A stretch of DNA of 64,000 bases, from assembly GCA_002269645.1 (NCBI GenBank), contig NIVC01002430.1, positions 1 through 64,000 on the forward strand. Direction: 5' to 3'. Numbering within the stretch: position 1 is the first letter of the stretch; each line of letters starts with the position of its first letter. The notes beneath the pieces are model-generated. The model saw nothing but the letters and a program-made list of their open reading frames with translations. It did not search any database and was not told where the DNA came from. Made by a program: the position numbers and the translations under genes. This DNA is from Macrostomum lignano (lineage: Eukaryota). Below are positions 51,843 to 64,000 of this stretch, in pieces.

Positions 51843-52120
51843 TTCTTTGTGTACAGTACAGATATGCGTTCCTCTGTACAGAGTCCATCAGCTGACAGTT
51901 ATGTATCAAAAATTAATAAGTCAATTAAATATTCAACTGCTATTCTAATGCTTGATGATTCTCTCATACTACAATTTCGTGTTTAAAACTCATTCCAGCT
52001 GTAGTCGACATCCGCCAGCTGCATCTGAGTTCTAACTTGACTCTCACTCAATTGTTGCTATAATTATATATTGTGATTGAACTTGATTTAATTGAATAAT
52101 TAATTAATCAAGCGTTTTCC

Positions 52121-55100
52121 ATGCCACACGGTGAAGCAACGGTGCTGACTGAGCTGCCCACTGCGGGCGACGGTGCCGACCTGCAGAGCGAAACCGTCCA
52201 GCCGCCGGATGACGGCTACACCGACGTGCTGGGCAATCAGCGCCTGTGGAAGAAAACCCTTGTCGAAGGGCGGGGGCGCGACTCGAGACCGCAGTCTGGA
52301 GATCAGGTGACTGACTGGCGTAGTTCATGGCTGTCTGACCGGTTTATTCATGACTGTCTGACGGATTAATTCATGACTGTCTGACTGGTTTATTCATGAC
52401 TGTCTGACGGATTAATTCATGCCTGTCTGACTGGTTTATTCATGACTGTCTGACGGATTAATTCATGCCTGTCTGACTGGTTTATTCATGACTGTCTGAC
52501 AGATTAATTCATGCCTGTCTGACTGGTTTATTCATGACTGTCTGACGGATTCATTCATTACTGTCTGACGGATTCATTCATGACTGTCTGACGGATTCAT
52601 TCATTACTGTCTGACGGATTCATTCATGACTGTCTGACGGGTTCATTCATGACTGTCTGACGGATTCATTCATGACTGTCTGACGGATTCATTCATGACT
52701 GTCTGACGGATTCATTCATGACTGTCTGACGGATTCATTCATGACTGTCTGACCGGTTTATTCATGACTGTCTGACGGATTCATTCATGACTGTCTGACG
52801 GATTCATTCATGACTGTCTGACGGATTCATTCATGACTGTCTGACGGATTCATTCATGACTGTCTGACGGATTCATTCATGACTGTCTGACGGATTCATT
52901 CATGACTGTCTGACGGATTCATTCATGACTGTCTGACGGATTCATTCATGACTGTCTGACGGATTCATTTATGACTGTCTGACGGATTCATTCATGACTG
53001 TCTGACGGATTCATTCATGACTGTCTGACGGATTCATTCATGACTGTCTGACGGATTCATTCATGACTGTCTGACGGATTCATTCATGACTGTCTGACGG
53101 ATTCATTCATGACTGTCTGACGGATTCATTCATGACTGTCTGACGGATTCATTTATGACTGTCTGACGGATTCATTCATGACTGTCTGACGGATTCATTC
53201 ATGACTGTCTGACGGATTCATTCATGACTGTCTGACGGATTCATTCATGACTGTCTGACGGATTCATTCATGACTGTCTGACCGGTTTATTCATGACTGT
53301 CTGACGGATTCATTCATGCCTGTCTGACTGGTTTATTCATGCCTGTCTGACTGGTTTATTCATGCCTGTCTGACTGGTTTATTCATGACTGTCTGACGGA
53401 TTCATTCATGACTGTCTGACGGATTCATTCATGACTGTCTGACGGATTCATTCATGACTGTCTGACGGATTCATTCATGACTGTCTGACGGATTCATTCA
53501 TGACTGTCTGACGGATTCATTCATGACTGTCTGACGGATTCATTCATGACTGTCTGACGGATTCATTCATGACTGTCTGACCGGTTTATTCATGACTGTC
53601 TGACGGATTCATTCATGCCTGTCTGACTGGTTTATTCATGCCTGTCTGACTGGTTTATTCATGCCTGTCTGACTGGTTTATTCATGACTGTCTGACGGAT
53701 TCATTCATGACTGTCTGACGGATTCATTCATGACTGATTGACGGATTCATTCATGACTGATTGACGGATTCATTCATGACTGTCTGACGGATTCATTCAT
53801 GACTGTCTGACGGATTCATTCATGACTGTCTGACGGATTCATTCATGAATGATTGACGGATTCATTCATGACTGATTGACGGATTCATTCATGACTGATT
53901 GACGGATTCATTCATGACTGTCTGACTTGCGCATTCATTGTTGCCTGACTAATTGATTCATAAGAATGTCTGACTGACTCAAAGTATTTAAATTGGCGTT
54001 ACTTACCAAGGCTATAAGACTATACAATTGTGACAGTGTCTGCAGCCTTCATTAATACGCCCATATTGTGCTCACTTTAAAGCACAGAACCCATTATTAC
54101 AGGTAGTAAATGCTTAATATTTTAATCTGTCTGCCTGTGTTCTATGCTTTTTGGTGGACATTTTCACTAATATTGGGACATTCAGGTGACCTGCAAGACC
54201 TTTCTATATCGGCCGTCGGGTCCTTTAAAACTTCACAATAGCAATTCAATAGCAATTCTGAAGGCTTAAAGGTTTGTGTCTCTTCTCTCTTCTCTCCCGT
54301 CCTCTCCCATCTTCTCTCTTTTCTCTCTTCTCTTTCTTCTCTCTCCTCCTTTTTCCTCTTCTCTCTCATCTGGCCCGAAACCATGAGCTAGTTTACGAAC
54401 GTATTTATCTGAATTTTTGTATTAAAAACATTTGCCAACCTCTACTACAATCGTATCTGCTCATGCTTCTCAAATGAGTCTGTAGCTACTATTGTATCTC
54501 CAACTGGCAACCCGGCAGGTGACGCTGAAACTGGAAGCCAGCCTGCCAGACGGCACGCCTGTCGAGTCCGAATCAGGCCTGATAATATCAATTGGCGAAT
54601 ACGATCACATCCAAGCACTGGACATTGCTGTGCTACTAATGGAACTAGACGAACAATGCAGCTTAGTCACTTCGGCTCGATACGCCTACGGCTACTCTGC
54701 CGAGGTGAAGACAAGCACTGGTGTAGTTATACCGCCTGGCTCTGTGCTGCACTGCACAGTAACTCTGGTGTCAGTTGACGACCCAATTGACTACGCCTCT
54801 CTAGGCCCAGTCGAGTCGCTTCGCATTGCCGATAAAAAACGCGAACGGGGCAACGAACTGTTTAATAGGGAAGACTTTGCCGGAGCTGTGAATTGTTACG
54901 GCAGAGCGGCTAAGATTCTAGAAGAGCATTGTCAGGTGAGAGAGGATCTGGGTACCTTAGCAGACAATTCCTTCATTTAGTCTTCTTAATATCGATTTTT
55001 ATGGACTTCATTTAGAGAATTATTCAAATTTTCCCCTACTGTAGTTTAAAAAATTCCCTCTGTAGTTTCAGGAATTTCCCTATTGTAGTTTTTAAGAGTT

Positions 55101-57088
55101 TCCCTTGTTTTAAAAATTCCCCTACTGTAGTTTTAAGAATTCCCATATTTTAGTTTTAAGAATTCCCATATTGTAGTTTTAAGAATTCCAATATTGTAGT
55201 TTTAAGAATTCCAATATTGTAGTTTTAAGAATTCCCCTATTGTAGTTTCAGGAATTCCCCTACTGTAGTTTTAAGAATTCCCCTACTGTAGTTTTAATAA
55301 TTCCCCTATTTTAGTTTCAGGAATTCCTCTGCTGTAGTTTTAAGAATTCCCCTATTGTAGTTTCAGTAATTCCCTACTGTAGTTTTAGGAATTCCCCCGG
55401 CTTTCATCTCGGCGGACTTTCGAGAATTACCTCTAGATCTATGAAGAAATACTATTGCTGAGAGCACTAGCTGCATGTAGATTGTACATTATGGCGTGAC
55501 TTACCGAGGCTTCAAGACGACTTGCCCGTGTCTGCAGTCTTAAATAGCATGCCAATATTATTTCCTATATACTAAAAATAGCTGTTTTAAAAAGTGGACC
55601 TAGGTGTTAAACAATCAATTCACCTGTCTGCTTATGCTACTTTAGTGGACATTTATATAATTTTAAAAACGTACCTCACCTATAAATCTTACAAAAGCAG
55701 CCACTCGTTTGCTCTTAAAACCGCTCTTTAAAACGATTTTGCAATAATCTTCCTTTGGCGGCTTTTGGAAATTTCTTTACTTGAAGCCACGCCAAAACCA
55801 GTGCCTATAGCAATATCAAGAATCGGCCCTAGCAACACCGAAATTGTCCTTATCATCACAGCAGCTTTCAAAAACTTATCCTTAACGACAATCGCGCACA
55901 GCAACACCTATTGCAGCTGGTCATAGAACACCAACAATGTGCCTCTAGCAACACCAATAATCGCCCCTAGCAACACGATTGATCGGCCCAAAGAAAACCA
56001 AGAAATTCGGCCCTTGGCCCTGGCAACACATGAATGGACCCTAGCAAAAATAAAAATCGGCCTTAGCAACACCTGAAATTTCCCTTAGCAACACTGCAAA
56101 ATGACCCTAACAACTCCAGAAACGTGACCCTAGTAACAATGATCGCACCTAACAACACTGATAATCGCCCCTAGCAAAGCAGAAAATCGCCCCTAGAAAC
56201 ACAAAAAATTGCCGCTATCGACACCGATTATCGACCCTAGCAACACATAGAATCGACCCTAGCAACACAGAGAATCGACCCTAACAACACAGAGAATCGA
56301 CCCTAACAACACAGAGAATCGACCCTAGCAACACAGAGAATCGACCCTAGCAACACAGAGAATCGACCCTAACAACACAGAGAATCGACCCTAGCAACAC
56401 AGAGAATCGACCCTAACAACACAGAGAATCGACCCTAGCAACACAGAGAATCGACCCTAACAACACAGAGAATCGACCCTAGCAACACAGAGAATCAACC
56501 CTAACAACACAGAGAATCGACCCTAGCAATACTTGAAATCGCACCTAAAAACACTAACCATGTAACTTATACGGCTCGTAAATAAAAACTCCAATAATTC
56601 GATTCAATCAGGACGAACCAGGCGTGTCAGAAGCTCGAGTCCGGGTCTACAATAATTTAGCCGCAACCCAGGTGAAAATCTCAGCCTACGACGCCGCCAT
56701 CGCTTCCTGCGACAGCGTGCTAGGCCTGCAGCCGGACAATATTAAAGCTCATTTTCGCAAAGGCAAATCGTTAGTTAGCAAAGGCGATCTAATCAACGGC
56801 TTGCGTTCGCTGCGCTCCGCTTTGGAACGCGACCCAGATTCGCGTCTAGTACAGAACGAGGTTGCCAAGGCAACACTGGAGCTGAAGCGGCAACAGGCTG
56901 CTAATACGGCTATGTATAAGAAAATGCTAGGCCTGCGCGACGGGCCCGACAACGGTGGCAGGGGCCGGCAGCAGCAGCAGCAGCAGCAGGTTTCCTGGAT
57001 TCGCCGGCACGCTTGGCTATTGGGGGCTGCCGCTAGCGTTCTGCTATCCGTCACTTTGGCTGGCGCTGCCTATCGGTTTAACAGTTGA
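52121..57088 (+). CDS. FKBP8: FKBP8/FKBP38 (FKBP domain, TPRs, CaM-binding helix, C-terminal TM anchor), 3 exons, 359 aa
   Basis: Exons 52121-52306, 54519-54935 and 56612-57088 (1080 nt, phase 0). Motifs DVLGNQRLWKKTL, KKRERGNELF, YNNLAATQVK, NIKAHFRKGK, AMYKKMLG and a hydrophobic tail WLLGAAASVLLSVTLAGAAY. Confidence 0.9.
52330..53925. repeat. 23-bp minisatellite, about 69 copies, in FKBP8 intron 1
   Basis: Unit CATGACTGTCTGACGGATTCATT. Confidence 0.97.
55030..55400. repeat. About 23-bp degenerate minisatellite in FKBP8 intron 2
   Basis: Unit TTAAGAATTCCCCTATTGTAGTT. Confidence 0.9.
56230..56525. repeat. 22-bp minisatellite in FKBP8 intron 2
   Basis: Unit (G/A)CAACACAGAGAATCGACCCTA. Confidence 0.92.
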
Positions 57089-57182
57089 CAGTTTTGTCAT
57101 TTATAACGTACTAGATGATTTTTGCATGCTTTGGGGGAGTTTTGTGTGTGCATATTTAACACACTGGAATCGTTTTAAAACT

Positions 57183-57760
57183 AGAAGCTCCGTTGCTTCC
57201 CCCAAATCCCCCATTAGAAGCTCCGTTGCTTCCCCCAAATCGCTCATTAGAAGCTCCGCTGCTTCCCCCAAATCCCCCATTAGAAGCTCTGTTGCTTCCC
57301 CCAAATCCCCCATTAGAAGCTCCGCTGCTTCCCCAAATCCCACATTCGAAGCTCCGCTGCTTCCCCAAATCCCCCATTCGAAGCTCCGCTGCTTCCCCCA
57401 AATCCCCCATTAGAAGCTCCGCTGCTTCCCCAAATCCCCCATTAGAAGCTCCGCTGCTTCCCCAAATCCCCCATTCGAAGCTCCGCTGCTTCCCCCAAAT
57501 CCCCCATTCGAAGCTCCGCTGCTTCCCCAAATCCCCCATTCGAAGCTCCGCTGCTTCCCCCAAATCCCCCATTAGAAGCTCCGCTGCTTCCCCAAATCCC
57601 CCATTAGAAGCTCCGATGCTTCCCCAAATCCCCCATTAGAAGCTCCGCTGCTTCCCCAAATCCCTCATTAGGAGTTCCGCTGCTTCCCCAAATCCCCCAT
57701 TAGAAGCTCCGCTGCTTCCCCCAAATCCCCCATTAGGAGCTCCGCTGCTTCTTCCAAATC
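57183..57760. repeat. 32/33-bp minisatellite just 3' of FKBP8, about 17 copies
   Basis: Unit AGAAGCTCCGCTGCTTCCCC(C)AAATCCCCCATT. Confidence 0.95.
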
Positions 57761-58654
57761 CCTTTAGTGAGCGGGTCTCTTAGGTACCTTAAATCAGACA
57801 GAAGTTGTTTGCCAATACTCGTACTAACTTAAATAGAGTCTAATTAGCGTCTGAGCGGTTTATTAAATAATTTTTATGCAGGAATATGCTGCTCTAGTAA
57901 CATGCGAATGATTATTTCCTAATGATTAATTGCTTGGCGTATTTCCGTGAAAAATTAAATAACTGAATAGCAACATAACTAACTAATGTATTGTACCTGT
58001 CGCCGGTGGACTGTCTCTGATTTTTTTCCGTTCAATAAGTTTATAAACTACTCATTTGCAACTTATGCGAAATTAAAAACTAATTTGATTTTTTTAAAAA
58101 CTGAACTAGACCCTCTCTGCTACGCTTTCCCCACGAACTCTATGATGTATGGTTTGCATTTTTATTTGAATTACTAAAATTATTCATTTATTTATATTAA
58201 TGTGCACCAATTAGTCGAAAATGTTGATTGATTTTTTCCCTAGCGTGTCTGAAAATTAATCGATTTTTTGGATACTTCTTAAAACCTATTAACAGTTACA
58301 GTACATTTTGTTAAAATATTATTGAAATTTAATAGCTTGAACTGCATTGTATCCTATGCAAGGTAGAATTATGTGTTTTTGGATAGAAGAGCAAATATAT
58401 TATATATACATTTTGTTGCATTCGCTCTTTTGCTAACACGCTTCTTTAGTTTCTAGACTTTTTATTTCTTTTAATTTTACCTTAGTTAATGAAATTGGAT
58501 TCTTGGATATTGTGCGGCTATAGTTTGTAGTTAAATGATCTTTAATAATTTCTAAGCTACTTATAGTAAGTAGTAGTAATGAAACTGTGAAACAGAAATA
58601 ATGAAACAGTAATGAGACAGTCTACTGTATTTTGAAGTCAATTAATTTCACTCA

Positions 58655-61462
58655 ATGCATGTAGCACCACCGCAGTGCAACTCAAAACAAAAGAAGCCGA
58701 CCTGCTCAACAATTGAAATATTCATCATGGCGGATCCGCCCGTACTGCTATTAGACGATGTCGACGATATGGCCGTGGATTCGGCCGCAAGCGCTGAGGC
58801 TGGAAAAGCAACAGCTACTACAAGTAGTAAACCGCAGCAGCAGGTACCCGGCTTAACCGACGAGGAGCTGCAAGACTGTCGCGAGATGCTCAACCTGATT
58901 AATCAACGCCAACAACGGCAGCAGCGGCTGTACGAACCTCCCGCGGCTCGGCGTCGACAGCCTTCAACTACTGGCGCCGGCGACGGCCGAGCTCGTTCTT
59001 CGTCGCCGCGTCCGCCGCCTCCGCCGAGGCGTCCGCCGCCGCCTCGTCCAACTAAAACTGTGATAGGCCGGCTAACCAAATGCGAAGATGCCGAAGAATT
59101 GAAACTGGCCGCCTACTCAGCTCTAGGCATCTCTCAGAGCGACTTAACCGATCCTTTCGAGCGCCGATTGCGCCTAAATGCCATCCACTTGCGCGGCGTT
59201 AACCGCATGAATACTGAAGAGATTTTTCGCTACTTCGGCGACATTGCGCCAGAATCAATGGAATGGATAGACGATTATTCCTGCAATGTGGTATTCGCCG
59301 ACCATGACACCGCTATGCAGGCAATCCTTCGCGTTGCCGCCGAAATTGATGAAGCTACTGAGCCTGCAGTTGTCAACGATGAACCTATGGAAGACGACTC
59401 TAATAATAAAGAGGACAACGAAGGTGACAAAAATCAGCCAGTCGCTGGGAGTAGCAGCGACACTAAACCTCCGAAGCGTCGGCAGCGTCGACGTCGGCAT
59501 TCTTCTTCGTCGTTATCTGGCCAGGAGGAGGCCAAGGTGGCCTCGGATCAGCCGACTGACTCAGATGAGGATAACCAGATTAAGCAGTTGCCGCCAGGGC
59601 ACTGGCTCGAGGCCAGGCCGCACAATCGATGCAAAAACCTTCGGATTCGATTCGCATTCAAATCTGACCGGAAAGTGAAGGGCGCCAATAAGAATTCGAA
59701 GTATTATAAGAAGTACGGCAATCCGAACTACGACAATCTGTCCGGGCACATCTCCAAATCCTACAGGAAGCGGGTCAACGCCGAACGGCGTCTGCGCGAG
59801 ACGCAGGCCAACGTCGACACGCGCGACGCTGTTCGTTCAAAGCGACGTCGCATGGCCAACGGCGCCGAAGATGTATCCGACAGCGGCGGCGACACCGACG
59901 ATGACGGCGGTCGCCGGGAGGACGCGGCCAGGCGCCGGCCGTTGACTTCATTGAAGATGGTCTCCGACCAGCTGGCCGACGGCGAGCAAGTCGATCACAG
60001 CGGCGGCGCCTCGCTTACCAGCGGAGACGCCAGAAATCGCCTACTGGAGCGTCGGAAAGCCCATCGCGGCACCAAGTGGAGCAAATCAGCTGCTTCGGCC
60101 GCCGCAGCCGCCGCTATCGCCGCTGTCACGGCCGGTATCGACGTCGACGTAGTTAGTGACGATGGCGACAAAGTTGATAAAGAGGACGGCGACGACCTGC
60201 GTGGTGACATTCAACGGAGCCGACTGGCAGCGCGTCAGTATCAGCCAGATACAGTGGATATTATGGCCGACGTTGATGATGACGACGAGCTGCTTAGCGA
60301 GGCTCCACCACCGGAGCCGACAAAGTCAACGACCGGTGCCGCTGCCGCCGATGACAGGGGCGTCGAAGGTCCTGACGGCCGATGGCAGTGCGACAAGTTT
60401 ATGGAGTTGGAGCACGAATTTATGCACGACAGGCGTCGGGGAGGTCGTCGTGTCGAAGCAGGAGGCGGCGGCGGGGGCGACGATCTGCGACGCCAACTTC
60501 GCGACCGACGTCGACGTCGAAGCGGCGATAATAATAATAATAGCAATGGCAACAGTCCGAGAGATCGTTCCGGGTCGCCTACGCGTAGAGTTGTTAGCGG
60601 CGGCGAGCTGGGCTCGGCCGTTGTCGTGCCGTCCAAAGTTACCGCCGTTGCCGTTAAGCTCGAAGACGATGCTAGCCGCCGGCAAAGACGAACCGATCGC
60701 CGCGACGACCGGGTCGAAAATGATCGGCGCAAACAGCGCGACCAGCTTGAGTCGCTTCGGGATCGGGACAGGAATCGAGATCGGGAGCGTCGCCGCGATC
60801 GGGACTTTACTGAGCCGGGCCGCGATCGGGAACGATTTCGTGATAGAGATCGGGATCGGAATCGGGATCGGAACCGGGACGGTCGAGAGCGGGTTTCAGA
60901 GCGGGATCGGAACCGGGATCGGGACCATAACCGGGATCGGGATCATAACCCTGACCGGGATGTCGTTGCTGCGGCCTCCGGGGCGGCGGACAATCGCTAT
61001 CGGATCAAGCGTGACTACATCAAGCGGCAGCAGCAGGAGAGGCGACGGGACAAGCGACGATCGCCGACGCGAGGCACAACAGCATCACCGTCTAGAGAGC
61101 TATCGGCTAGAGACAAATTCGTGCCGCGGCTTGACGCCAGCAGCAGCTCTTCTTCGGGCTCCTCGTCTTCATCCTCATCTTCGTCTTCTTCGTCGTCTTC
61201 GTCTTCGTCATCGTCGGAGGCTGAAGACAACGAGGACGACAAGGCGATGCCGCCGCTGCCTTCTGTTGGGCCAGTGGAAGCCGGCGTCAGCAGCGGTCAG
61301 CAATACGATCCCCATATGGCTGGCAGGCGGCGCACGTCTTCTATTTCGTCTAGCGGCTCTTCGTCGTCCAGCGGCTCTTCTTCATCAGGATCGTCGTCGG
61401 CCAACTCGTCGCCGCGGAAAATGGCCGACGCCAGCGTCGGAGGCGAGCCGACCCGAGTCTGA
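58655..61462 (+). CDS. NCBP3: Nuclear cap-binding protein subunit 3 (C17orf85-like RRM), intronless, up to 935 aa
   Basis: AIHLRGVNRMNTEEIFRYF...MEWIDDYSCNVVF and LRIRFAFKSDRK...SKYYKKYGNPNY match NCBP3 motifs as recalled. Alternative start ATG 58727. Confidence 0.88.
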   Translation: MHVAPPQCNSKQKKPTCSTIEIFIMADPPVLLLDDVDDMAVDSAASAEAGKATATTSSKPQQQVPGLTDEELQDCREMLNLINQRQQRQQRLYEPPAARRRQPSTTGAGDGRARSSSPRPPPPPRRPPPPRPTKTVIGRLTKCEDAEELKLAAYSALGISQSDLTDPFERRLRLNAIHLRGVNRMNTEEIFRYFGDIAPESMEWIDDYSCNVVFADHDTAMQAILRVAAEIDEATEPAVVNDEPMEDDSNNKEDNEGDKNQPVAGSSSDTKPPKRRQRRRRHSSSSLSGQEEAKVASDQPTDSDEDNQIKQLPPGHWLEARPHNRCKNLRIRFAFKSDRKVKGANKNSKYYKKYGNPNYDNLSGHISKSYRKRVNAERRLRETQANVDTRDAVRSKRRRMANGAEDVSDSGGDTDDDGGRREDAARRRPLTSLKMVSDQLADGEQVDHSGGASLTSGDARNRLLERRKAHRGTKWSKSAASAAAAAAIAAVTAGIDVDVVSDDGDKVDKEDGDDLRGDIQRSRLAARQYQPDTVDIMADVDDDDELLSEAPPPEPTKSTTGAAAADDRGVEGPDGRWQCDKFMELEHEFMHDRRRGGRRVEAGGGGGGDDLRRQLRDRRRRRSGDNNNNSNGNSPRDRSGSPTRRVVSGGELGSAVVVPSKVTAVAVKLEDDASRRQRRTDRRDDRVENDRRKQRDQLESLRDRDRNRDRERRRDRDFTEPGRDRERFRDRDRDRNRDRNRDGRERVSERDRNRDRDHNRDRDHNPDRDVVAAASGAADNRYRIKRDYIKRQQQERRRDKRRSPTRGTTASPSRELSARDKFVPRLDASSSSSSGSSSSSSSSSSSSSSSSSSSEAEDNEDDKAMPPLPSVGPVEAGVSSGQQYDPHMAGRRRTSSISSSGSSSSSGSSSSGSSSANSSPRKMADASVGGEPTRV

Positions 61463-62374
61463 TCTGGTTGGCAGTGGGCCTTGAGTAACTTTGATTTGTG
61501 CTGCAATATTTGTTTCTTGTGGAGCGAAGCCGCATTTGACTGAGACTTTGTATGTAGTTTTTCTTTGTTCTGGCACACTGAGAACCTGTCAATAATTATG
61601 TTGCGATTCTTACGGAAGCTGTTAGACTAGTTACCTAAGCTAATTCCCGACCAGACGGGTGCTTATTTTGAAATTCATAAAAATAGTATGCTCTATGGCA
61701 GAATGGGGTTTACATTGTAAATGTTTCATTGTGAATTTTCATGGCAGTGCATTGTCATCCCGGTTCTGTTTGTGTGCGCTTATTTGCCCTTCATGTTTCT
61801 GCACATTATTTGGTACTGTTCCCCACTGTATGTTGTGCATCGAGTTGCTTTAATCAAGTATGCTGCATACCTGCATCAATCATGGGTTAGTCTGTCTATG
61901 CTGTTATGTTGGAAACTAATCGAGTAAAAAAACTAAATTAAATAAAAAATATTTCTGTCCCGTCTTAGCAGCAATTAGATATGAACTGTCAAGTTGTTAG
62001 ATTGAATGTACAAATCTCGATACTATATGATATGCTAGTGCTTATTTTAATACGTATTTTCTCATTTTCCTTTGTTCTTTTTTGAAAAAAATACTTTGAA
62101 AAACATTCGTTGTCCTGCAAGAAATGCCCCGTCTTAATAAGTTGTTCATGTTTCCTTTAAAGAAGACCAAACTGGCCCTTATCAAATCAAGGTCGTCTTA
62201 TTCGCTTAAACCCATCACGGTGTCCATTTTGCTGCTTTGTCGTTTCAATGCCGACTGCGGTTATCCTTCTGTACTAACTGCAGCGCAATAACAATTATTA
62301 ATTTAGGATTTTTTGATAAAAGTGCTGTTTTTGACTCTTCTTTTTTCAATATTTTAATTAGTAAAATGCTTACC

Positions 62375-64000
62375 CATGATCATCATCTCTAGAGTCACCC
62401 ATGACCATCATCTCTAGTCATCCATGACCATCATCTCTAGTCACCCATGACCATCATCTCTAGGGTCACCCATGATCATCATCTCTAGGGTCACCCATGA
62501 TCATCATCTCTAGGGTCACTCATGACCATCATCTCTAGGGTCACCCATGATCATCATCTCTAGGGTCACCCATGACCATCATCTCTAGTCACCCATGACC
62601 ATCATCTCTAGTCACCCATGACCATCATCTCTAGTCACCCATGACCATCATCTCTATTCACCCATTACCATCATCTCTAGTCACCCATGACCATCATCTC
62701 TAGTCACCCATGACCATCATCTCTAGTCACCCATGACCATCATCTCTAGTCACCCATGACCATCATCTCTAGAGTCACCCATGATCATCATCTCTAGGGT
62801 CACCCATGATCATCATCTCTAGGGTCACCCATGATCATCATCTCTAGGGTCACCCATGATCATCATCTCTAGGGTCACCCATGATCATCATCTCTAGGGT
62901 CACTCATGACCATCATCTCTAGGGTCACCCATGACCATCATCTCTAGTCACCAATGACCATCATCTCTAGTCACCCATGACCATCATCTCTAGTCACCCA
63001 TGACCATCATCTCTATTCACCCATTACCATCATCTCTAGTCACCCATGACCATCATCTCTAGTCACCCATGACCATCATCTCTAGTCACCCATGACCATC
63101 ATCTCTAGTCACCCATGACCATCATCTCTAGTCACCCATGACCATCATCTCTATTCACCCATTACCATCATCTCTAGTCACCCATGACCATCATCTCTAG
63201 TCACCCATGACCATCATCTCTAGTCACCCATGACCATCATCTCTAGTCACCCATGACCATCATCTCTAGTCACCCATGACCATCATCTCTAGTCACCCAT
63301 GACCATCATCTCTAGTCACCCATGACCATCATCTCTAGTCACCCATGACCATCATCTCTATTCACCCATTACCATCATCTCTAGTCACCCATGACCATCA
63401 TCTCTAGTCACCCATGACCATCATCTCTAGTCACCCATGACCATCATCTCTAGTCACCCATGACCATCATCTCTAGGGTCACCCATGACCATCATCTCTA
63501 GGGTCACCCATTACCATCATCTCTAGTCATCCATGACAATCATCTCTAGGGTCACCCATGACCATCATCTCTAGTCACCCATGACCATCATCTCTAGTCA
63601 CCCATGACCATCATCTCTAGTCACCCATGACCATCATCTCTAGTCACCCATGACCATCATCTCTATTCACCCATTACCATCATCTCTAGTCACCCATGAC
63701 CATCATCTCTAGTCACCCATGACCATCATCTCTAGTCACCCATGACCATCATCTCTAGTCACCCATGACCATCATCTCTAGGGTCACCCATGACCATCAT
63801 CTCTAGTCACCCATGACCATCATCTGTAGTCACCCATGACAATCATCTCTAGGGTCACCCATGACCATCATCGATCTAGGGTCACCCATGACCATCATCT
63901 CTAGTCACCCATGACCATCATCTCTAGTCACCCATGACCATCATCTCTAGTCACCCATGACCATCATCTCTAGTCACCCATGACCATCATCTCTAGTCAC
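62375..64000. repeat. 23/25-bp minisatellite running off the window end
   Basis: Unit TCACCCATGACCATCATCTCTAG(GG). Confidence 0.97.

Noticed and set aside
50931-51986. Long C/L/S/V ORFs in all three frames (also 40616-41136, 31080-31774, 41861-42805, 46808-47584)
   Set aside because: Translations of microsatellites or satellites, not proteins.
59255-61592. Overlapping and antisense ORFs on NCBP3 (similarly on the golgin and the 1279-aa ORF)
   Set aside because: Shadow frames of GC-rich, low-complexity coding sequence.

Overview
Eukaryotic (animal) genomic DNA: GT-AG introns, SINEs, many satellites, no prokaryotic operon or CRISPR structure. The style suggests an invertebrate, possibly a flatworm such as Macrostomum, but that is inference only. 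Host genes, all on the + strand: a frameshift-ridden giantin/golgin-84-type tail-anchored golgin (1-5871), an orphan 1279-aa ORF, ENKD1, a cytohesin-like Sec7-PH ARF-GEF, two intronless universal stress proteins, FKBP8 and NCBP3. The main find is a complete-looking 10,018-bp EnSpm/CACTA-superfamily DNA transposon (40995-51012). It has CCC...GGG 32-bp TIRs and a 2-bp TG target duplication, and it splits a microsatellite. It carries an uninterrupted 3-exon transposase and a head-to-head 4-exon accessory gene, neither visible as such in the ORF track. An AT-rich, CpG-decayed block (about 12.4-27.9 kb) holds two interleaved inverted-repeat pairs, a spliced PHD finger, a Gypsy gag-protease relic and small MITEs. 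All alignments and translations were done by eye; no database search was run.
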